NCBI GenBank assembly: GCA_036172035.1
Contig: JAVHSF010000322.1
Span: forward strand, 1-42,447
Direction of reading: 5' to 3'
Length of the DNA: 42,447 bases
Origin: Gallionella sp.
GTDB lineage: Bacteria > Pseudomonadota > Gammaproteobacteria > Burkholderiales > Gallionellaceae
Shown here: positions 37,297-42,447 of the stretch, piece by piece
Layout: each line of letters begins with the position of its first letter
How positions within the stretch are numbered: the first letter of the stretch is position 1
Made by a program: the position numbers and the translations under genes
Notes under the pieces: generated by a model
Told to the model about the DNA's origin: nothing
Databases searched by the model: none
What the model saw: the letters and a program-made list of their open reading frames with translations, nothing else

Positions 37297-37934
37297 CTTT
37301 TTCCGAAAATTGTCGCCGCTGCCCGCGCCTGGCTGGGTTCCTCGATCAGGTGCGGGGGGAATATCCCGATTACCACGCTTTGCCGGTGAGTTCGTTCGGT
37401 GCGGCGGGCAGCCGGTTTTTAGTGGTTGGCCTGGCACCCGGAATGCATGGTGCCAACCGCACCGGACGACCCTTCACCGGTGATTTTGCGGGCAAGCTGC
37501 TGTATGAATCCCTGCACAAATACGGTTTTTCCAGTCAGCCCGAGCCGCTGGATGCGGCGGGCAATGCCAATCCGGATTTGCATCTGAACGGTTGCCGCAT
37601 CACCAACGCGGTGCGTTGCCTGCCGCCGCAGAACAAGCCTGAACCCGGCGAGATTCGTCTCTGTAATGGTTATTTGACGGAGGAGTTGGCGGGGTTGCCG
37701 CTGGGTGCGGCGGTGCTGGCGCTGGGTACGATTGCACACAATGCGGTGCTGATGGCGTTGAATTTGCGCAAGAGCGATTACCCGTTTGCGCACGGCGCGC
37801 AACATCGGCTGCCGGATGGCGCAATGCTGTTCGACAGCTACCATTGCAGCCGCTACAACACCCAGACCAAACGCCTCACTACGCCGATGTTCGAGTCCGT
37901 CATCGAGAATATCGTGGGGTATCTTGGTGGCTGA
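37293..37934 (+). CDS. Uracil-DNA glycosylase, family 5 (UdgB-like, Fe-S)
   Basis: [50 protein letters not shown]; ATGA overlap with upstream gene. Confidence 0.9.
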   Translation: MTFSENCRRCPRLAGFLDQVRGEYPDYHALPVSSFGAAGSRFLVVGLAPGMHGANRTGRPFTGDFAGKLLYESLHKYGFSSQPEPLDAAGNANPDLHLNGCRITNAVRCLPPQNKPEPGEIRLCNGYLTEELAGLPLGAAVLALGTIAHNAVLMALNLRKSDYPFAHGAQHRLPDGAMLFDSYHCSRYNTQTKRLTTPMFESVIENIVGYLGG

Positions 37935-39729
37935 TTTGTTCGACCCCAAACCTATTCTCGCCAGCCTGCCTTTGTTGCCCGGCGTGTATCGCTATTACGA
38001 CAGCAAGGGGACGGTGCTGTATGTGGGCAAAGCCAAACAGCTCAGGAAGCGCGTCTCGTCCTATTTTCAGAAGACCAACGTTTCGCCGCGCATCCGGCTG
38101 ATGGTGTCGCACATCGCGCGCATCGAAACCACCGTTGTGCGCTCTGAAGCCGAGGCTTTGCTGCTCGAAAACAACCTGATAAAATCGCTGAAACCTCGCT
38201 ATAACATATTGTTTAGAGACGATAAGTCTTATCCTTACATCGTGCTGACAGGGGATGCGTATCCACGCCTGACTTATTATCGCGGCGCGCCAAACCGCCA
38301 GCACCAGTACTTCGGACCCTATCCCAATTCATATGCGGCGCGGGAAACCATACAGTTGCTGCAACGGATATTCCGTATCCGTACCTGCGAGGATAGCGTG
38401 TTCAACAACCGCACGCGCCCCTGTTTGTTGCACCAGATTAACCGCTGCACCGCGCCCTGCGTCGGTTTGATTTCTGACGCGGATTATCAAAGCGACATTC
38501 ACCATGCCGTGTTGTTGCTGCAAGGCAAGCATGGCGAAGTCGAACAGACGCTGCGCAACGCGATGGAGCAGGCGGCACAGGGGCAACACTACGAGCAGGC
38601 CGCCGTGTTGCGCGACCAATTGAGCGCGCTGCATACCGTGCAGCAGAAGCAGTTTGTCGAATCCACCGGCGGCACGACGGATGCCGACATCATCGCGCTG
38701 GCGATGCAGGATGGCTTGGTCTGTGTGAATCTCGCCATGATGCGCGGCGGCAGGCATCTGGGCGACAAGAGTTTTTTCCCGGAACATGCCGAAGAACTTG
38801 CTGAGGACGAGATCGTACAGGCTTTTGTCGCGCAGCATTACCTGAACCGCAGCGTGCCGCCCTTGCTGGTGCTGGCGGCGGAGTGCAGTGATGCCACCCT
38901 TGCGCCGCTGCTTGGCGAACAAGCGGGTCATGCGGTGCATATCAGCAGTGCCTCTGGCGGTGAGCGCAGGAAATGGCTGGAAATGGCGCAACGCAATGCG
39001 CTGCTGGCCTTGCAGCAACGCGTGGCGCAGCAGGGCGGGCAGCAACTTCGCCTGGACAAATTGCGCGACTGGATGCAGATGCCGTCTGTGCAGCGCATCG
39101 AATGCTTCGACATCAGCCACACCATGGGCGAGGCGACGGTGGCTTCCTGCGTGGTCTACGAGAATCTGGACATGCGTACGACGCAATACCGTCGTTACAA
39201 CATCAGCGGCATCACGCCCGGTGACGATTACGCGGCGATGCGTCAGGCGCTGACCCGCCGCTACCAGAAGCTGGCAACAGGCGAAGGCGCGCGTCCCGAT
39301 CTGATCCTGATAGACGGCGGGTTGGGACAGTTGCACATCGCAATGGCAGTCATGCAGGAACTGGGCTTGGAGCTGGCGCTGGTAGGCGTAGCCAAAGGCG
39401 TGGAGCGCAAGGCGGGCATGGAACAGTTGATCTTTCCCGACGGCAGTTCGCGGCAACTGCCCAGCGACGATCCCGCGCTGCACCTGATCCAGCAGATACG
39501 CGACGAGGCGCACCGTTTCGCCATCACCGGACACCGTGCCAGACGCGGCAAGGCGCGTACCGCCTCCAGTCTGGAAGCGATCGGCGGGGTGGGAGAGCAG
39601 CGCAGGCGCAGCCTGCTGAGTCACTTCGGCGGGCTGGGCGAAGTCGCGCACGCCAGCGTCGAACAGCTTTGTCAGGTAAAAGGAATCAGCAAATCGCTTG
39701 CTGAACATATTTACCAGCAGCTACACTGA
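37927..39729 (+). CDS. uvrC: Excinuclease ABC subunit C
   Basis: GIY-YIG PGVY..LYVGKAK, EALLLE, Cys cluster, [21 protein letters not shown], HhH tail; GTG start inferred. Confidence 0.97.
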   Translation: MADLFDPKPILASLPLLPGVYRYYDSKGTVLYVGKAKQLRKRVSSYFQKTNVSPRIRLMVSHIARIETTVVRSEAEALLLENNLIKSLKPRYNILFRDDKSYPYIVLTGDAYPRLTYYRGAPNRQHQYFGPYPNSYAARETIQLLQRIFRIRTCEDSVFNNRTRPCLLHQINRCTAPCVGLISDADYQSDIHHAVLLLQGKHGEVEQTLRNAMEQAAQGQHYEQAAVLRDQLSALHTVQQKQFVESTGGTTDADIIALAMQDGLVCVNLAMMRGGRHLGDKSFFPEHAEELAEDEIVQAFVAQHYLNRSVPPLLVLAAECSDATLAPLLGEQAGHAVHISSASGGERRKWLEMAQRNALLALQQRVAQQGGQQLRLDKLRDWMQMPSVQRIECFDISHTMGEATVASCVVYENLDMRTTQYRRYNISGITPGDDYAAMRQALTRRYQKLATGEGARPDLILIDGGLGQLHIAMAVMQELGLELALVGVAKGVERKAGMEQLIFPDGSSRQLPSDDPALHLIQQIRDEAHRFAITGHRARRGKARTASSLEAIGGVGEQRRRSLLSHFGGLGEVAHASVEQLCQVKGISKSLAEHIYQQLH

Positions 39730-39734
39730 CGACC

Positions 39735-40301
39735 ATGAAAATTAACATTCCCAATCTGCTCACCTGGCTGAGAATTCTGCTGATTCCCGTGTTCGTCACG
39801 GTTTTTTACCTGTCAGACAGCACGCTGACACCACACCTTAAAAATTTGATTGCTACCGGTGTCTTTCTGTTAGCCTCGCTGACCGACTGGCTGGACGGTT
39901 ATCTGGCGCGCAAGTTGAATCAGGCTTCTGCCTTTGGCGCGTTTCTTGATCCGGTCGCAGACAAGCTGATGGTCGCCGCTGCCTTGATCTTGTTGGTCAA
40001 GTTGGGACGAGCCGATGCCGTCATCGCTTTCATCATCATCGGACGGGAAATCACCATCTCCGCGTTGCGCGAATGGATGGCAAAAATAGGCGCAAGTAAG
40101 AGTGTTGCCGTTTCCATGCTGGGAAAAATCAAGACCACTTTTCAAATGCTTGCCATCACGATGCTGCTTTACGACGAAAAATTGTACGGTGTGGACTGTC
40201 AGGTTGTGGGTTCGTTGCTGCTATACATGGCCGCGCTGCTTACGTTGTGGTCCATGGGCTACTACTTGATGCTTGCCAAGCGACAGTTGGAAAAACTTTG
40301 A
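39735..40301 (+). CDS. pgsA: CDP-diacylglycerol--glycerol-3-phosphate 3-phosphatidyltransferase
   Basis: NIPNLLT, TDWLDGYLAR...FGAFLDPVADK, RE..ISALREWMA, GK.KT; follows uvrC. Confidence 0.96.
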   Translation: MKINIPNLLTWLRILLIPVFVTVFYLSDSTLTPHLKNLIATGVFLLASLTDWLDGYLARKLNQASAFGAFLDPVADKLMVAAALILLVKLGRADAVIAFIIIGREITISALREWMAKIGASKSVAVSMLGKIKTTFQMLAITMLLYDEKLYGVDCQVVGSLLLYMAALLTLWSMGYYLMLAKRQLEKL

Positions 40302-40309
40302 AATTAGGC

Positions 40310-40344
40310 TTGCATTATTGGGATGGCTCTATATAATGCGCAGC
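40310..40344 (+). promoter_or_regulatory. Stable-RNA-type sigma70 promoter
   Basis: TTGCAT, 16-nt spacer, TATAAT (40332-40337), GC-rich discriminator GCGCAGC, just before tRNA-Pro. Confidence 0.8.
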
Positions 40345-40347
40345 CTT

Positions 40348-40424
40348 CGGGGTGTAGCGTAGCCTGGTAGCGCGCCTGGTTTGGGACCAGGATGTCGGGA
40401 GTTCGAATCTCTCCACCCCGACCA
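40348..40424 (+). tRNA. tRNA-Pro(TGG)
   Basis: Acceptor CGGGGTG/CACCCCG, anticodon arm CCTGG-TTTGGGA-CCAGG, TTCGA T-loop, CCA end. Confidence 0.95.
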
Positions 40425-40450
40425 GGTTCTAGTCGTTTTCTTCGCAAGTG

Positions 40451-40491
40451 TTCATGCACTCATTGCGAACCAAGTTCGCAATGAGTATGAA
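40451..40491. repeat. Strong hairpin in the tRNA-Pro/tRNA-Arg spacer
   Basis: ACTCATTGCGAAC-CAA-GTTCGCAATGAGT perfect 13-bp stem, extended by TTCAT/ATGAA. Confidence 0.75.
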
Positions 40492-40495
40492 ATTT

Positions 40496-40572
40496 GTGCC
40501 TGTAGCTCAACCGGATAGAGCACCAGCCTTCTAAGCTGGGGGTTGCAGGTTCGATTCCTGTCGGGCACACCA
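40496..40572 (+). tRNA. tRNA-Arg(TCT)
   Basis: Acceptor GTGCCTG/CGGGCAC, anticodon arm CCAGC-CTTCTAA-GCTGG, GGTTCGATTCC, CCA end. Confidence 0.95.
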
Positions 40573-40690
40573 GTGTCTGGTGGGTGCGGGGATAAAAGTT
40601 GCAGGATTAAAATTTCAGGGCAAACGTTTTTGCGCCAGGTCATCATTTAAGATGACAGCCAATAACATCAAGTCCGATAGCCGTTTCAAT

Positions 40691-40767
40691 GGTGGCTGTA
40701 GCTCAGTTGGTAGAGTCCAGGATTGTGATTCCTGTTGTCGTGGGTTCGAGCCCCATCAGCCACCCCA
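40691..40767 (+). tRNA. tRNA-His(GTG), including G-1
   Basis: G-GTGGCTG/CAGCCAC-C-CCA, anticodon loop TTGTGAT, GGTTCGAG. Confidence 0.95.
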
Positions 40768-40771
40768 AATT

Positions 40772-40805
40772 AAAGCCGCTAATTCAATGAGTTAGCGGCT
40801 TTTTT
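40772..40805. terminator. Terminator between tRNA-His and the convergent integrase
   Basis: AAAGCCGCTAATTC-AAT-GAGTTAGCGGCTTTTTT. Confidence 0.85.
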
Positions 40806-40830
40806 CTTGTCTATTTAATTTTAAGTAACT

Positions 40831-41856
40831 TTACTGTGTGGGATTTTGTGAGGGATGCTGTGGGGGAACTGTGGGGATGAGTGCTGTATTTTCTGCGTAT
40901 CCCGCAACATATCCTGGCGCAAGGTGAGCATAACGCAGAACCATCGTCATGTCTGCCCATCCGCCAAGTTGGCGAAGCACGTCAAGTGGCGTGCCGCCCA
41001 TAACATGCCAGCTCGCCCAGGTATGGCGTAAGTCATGGAAGGTGAGTCCTGGATCAATGTTGGCGCGTATTAGTGCCTTATGCCATGCTGCCGTTGTTGT
41101 ATGGTAGATTGGTTGTCCGCGATAGGTAAACACGTAGCGCGCATCAATGCCGCGCCGTGTCTGTAGCACCACCAGCGCATCGCCGTTAAGCGGGACAGCT
41201 ATCGGCTTGCCTGATTTGCTCTCATCAGGCCATACCCATGCGATACCGCGCTCAGTATCCACGTTCTGCCACGTCAGGCCGGTGATGTTAGCGCGGCGCA
41301 AACCTGTTGCCAGCGCAAAGCGTGTCAGGGCTGCAAGGTGCTCTGGAAGTTCAGCGATGAGGTCGCAAGCTTTGTCGCGAGTAAGCCAGCGGAAGCGCTC
41401 GCGCTTTTCCGGCATGTAGGGTATTTTTGGCACGCTGTCGTTGTGACCTTTCCCTCTGGCATAGTTGAGAATGCCGCTGGTCAGCGCCAGATACCGGTTC
41501 GCAGTAGCTGGCTTGCGGTCTTTTAGGATCAATTTGCGCAGTTCGAGCAGTTTATCGGTTGAAGTTTTTGTGATGGGCTGACCCGTCAGATGCTCAGTGA
41601 GTAGAGCGAGGCGCTGGCGGTCAGATTCAAAGTTTTTTTTGTACTGACCATGTTCGGTGATCCATTCTACTGCCGCCTCGTCCCAAGTGATGGAACGAGC
41701 GTCTCCTAGTTTGCTGATGCGCCAAATTTCAGCGCGGCGGCGGTCGTGCCATTCCTGCGCGGCGGCTTTGTCGGACGTTCCAGTAGTTTCGCGAGTTCTT
41801 TTACCACCGATTTCCCACTCGCACCAATAGATATGTCCTCTTTTGTAGATCGCCAT
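40831..41856 (-). CDS. Phage-type tyrosine integrase
   Basis: Arm-binding-like N-terminus (YKRG.IYW...RETTGT.DK..A), TGLRR, SKSGK, FHDLRHTWASW, LGGW, RYAHL; adjacent to tRNA-His. Confidence 0.93.
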   Translation of the reverse strand: MAIYKRGHIYWCEWEIGGKRTRETTGTSDKAAAQEWHDRRRAEIWRISKLGDARSITWDEAAVEWITEHGQYKKNFESDRQRLALLTEHLTGQPITKTSTDKLLELRKLILKDRKPATANRYLALTSGILNYARGKGHNDSVPKIPYMPEKRERFRWLTRDKACDLIAELPEHLAALTRFALATGLRRANITGLTWQNVDTERGIAWVWPDESKSGKPIAVPLNGDALVVLQTRRGIDARYVFTYRGQPIYHTTTAAWHKALIRANIDPGLTFHDLRHTWASWHVMGGTPLDVLRQLGGWADMTMVLRYAHLAPGYVAGYAENTALIPTVPPQHPSQNPTQ

Positions 41857-41906
41857 GCGTCATCCTCGATTTTATTTGATTTATATTGTGCGCGTAGCCA
41901 GTCTGC
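41706..41906 (-). pseudogene. C-terminal remnant of a possible excisionase-like gene truncated by IS256
   Basis: Open frame ADWLRAQYKSNKIEDDAWRSTKEDISIG...FGASAN* starts at the IS end, has no start codon and overlaps the integrase 5' end. Confidence 0.45.
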
Positions 41907-42447
41907 GAGGGTGTCTTGGATTTTGTGTAAACGGGTTTCGTTTACTGCTGCGGCATCCGGTCTTCAAACTGGATAGTAAACCGGTTTAGTGCAGCTTTCC
42001 AATCCCGAATTGGCATTGTCCATTTTTTGCTGATGTTGTTGATCGCCAGGTAGAACAATTTCAGCAAGGCCTCGTCGTTGGGGAACGAGCCCCGGTTCTT
42101 GGTAATCTTTCTCAGACTCATGTTCACCGATTCTATCGCGTTGGTGGTGTAGATCACGCGGCGAATTTCCGGTGGAAAATCAAAGAACGGGGTGATGCGC
42201 GCCCGGTTACGCCGCCAGCTCTGCGCGATGGCAGGATAATCTTTATCCCATTTTCTTTCAAATTCAGTGAGTTGCAATTCAGCCTCATCATCTGTCGCCG
42301 CCGTGTAAATGGCACGCAAATCCGCCGCCACCTCCTTGCGCAGCTTCCATGACACGTAGTTCAAGCTGTAACGCACCATGTGAACGATGCACAGCTGCAC
42401 AGCGGTCTTGGGATAGACGGTTTCGATGGCTTCCGGGAAGCCCTTTA
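41907..42447 (-). mobile_element. IS256-family insertion sequence (partial)
   Basis: End GAGGGTGTCTTGGATTTTGTGTAAACGG just past the transposase stop, resembling IS256-family termini. Confidence 0.88.
41942..42447 (-). CDS. IS256-family (Mutator-type) transposase, C-terminal part
   Basis: QLCIVH..R, AADL.AIY.A, IYTTNAIES.N, RG.FP; frame continues beyond the window end. Confidence 0.95.
   Translation of the reverse strand, partial: KGFPEAIETVYPKTAVQLCIVHMVRYSLNYVSWKLRKEVAADLRAIYTAATDDEAELQLTEFERKWDKDYPAIAQSWRRNRARITPFFDFPPEIRRVIYTTNAIESVNMSLRKITKNRGSFPNDEALLKLFYLAINNISKKWTMPIRDWKAALNRFTIQFEDRMPQQ

Overview
Mostly core chromosome of a betaproteobacterium; gene order and repeat types suggest Nitrosomonadales/Gallionellaceae (inference). 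Housekeeping blocks: feoA-feoB, dapA-bamC-MBL hydrolase, an H.8/Lip-like small lipoprotein, JmjC cupin, slyD, a MacAB-type ABC exporter operon, a Cache-GGDEF-EAL sensor, fabI, a complete ccmABCDEFGHI operon, a PhnD/PhnC/PhnE-like ABC importer, rep, DUF455, rlmJ, an EF-hand membrane protein-udg-uvrC-pgsA run, and a tRNA-Pro/Arg/His cluster. After tRNA-His come a phage integrase and a partial IS256. Three things stand out. (1) A ~3 kb accessory islet sits between the two ABC permease genes. It carries a TumE/TumA-like toxin-antitoxin pair, an uncharacterised helical + EVE/PUA-like + PD-(D/E)xK nuclease with no methyltransferase (candidate modification-dependent anti-phage nuclease), and an antitoxin with an internally deleted ParE toxin, punctuated by REP-type hairpins. 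(2) IS5-like miniature elements sit exactly at the CTAG that supplies the TAG stop of feoB, fabI and rlmJ. (3) The prophage at tRNA-His has an excisionase-like frame apparently cut by IS256. All domain calls are by eye from motifs; no searches were run.
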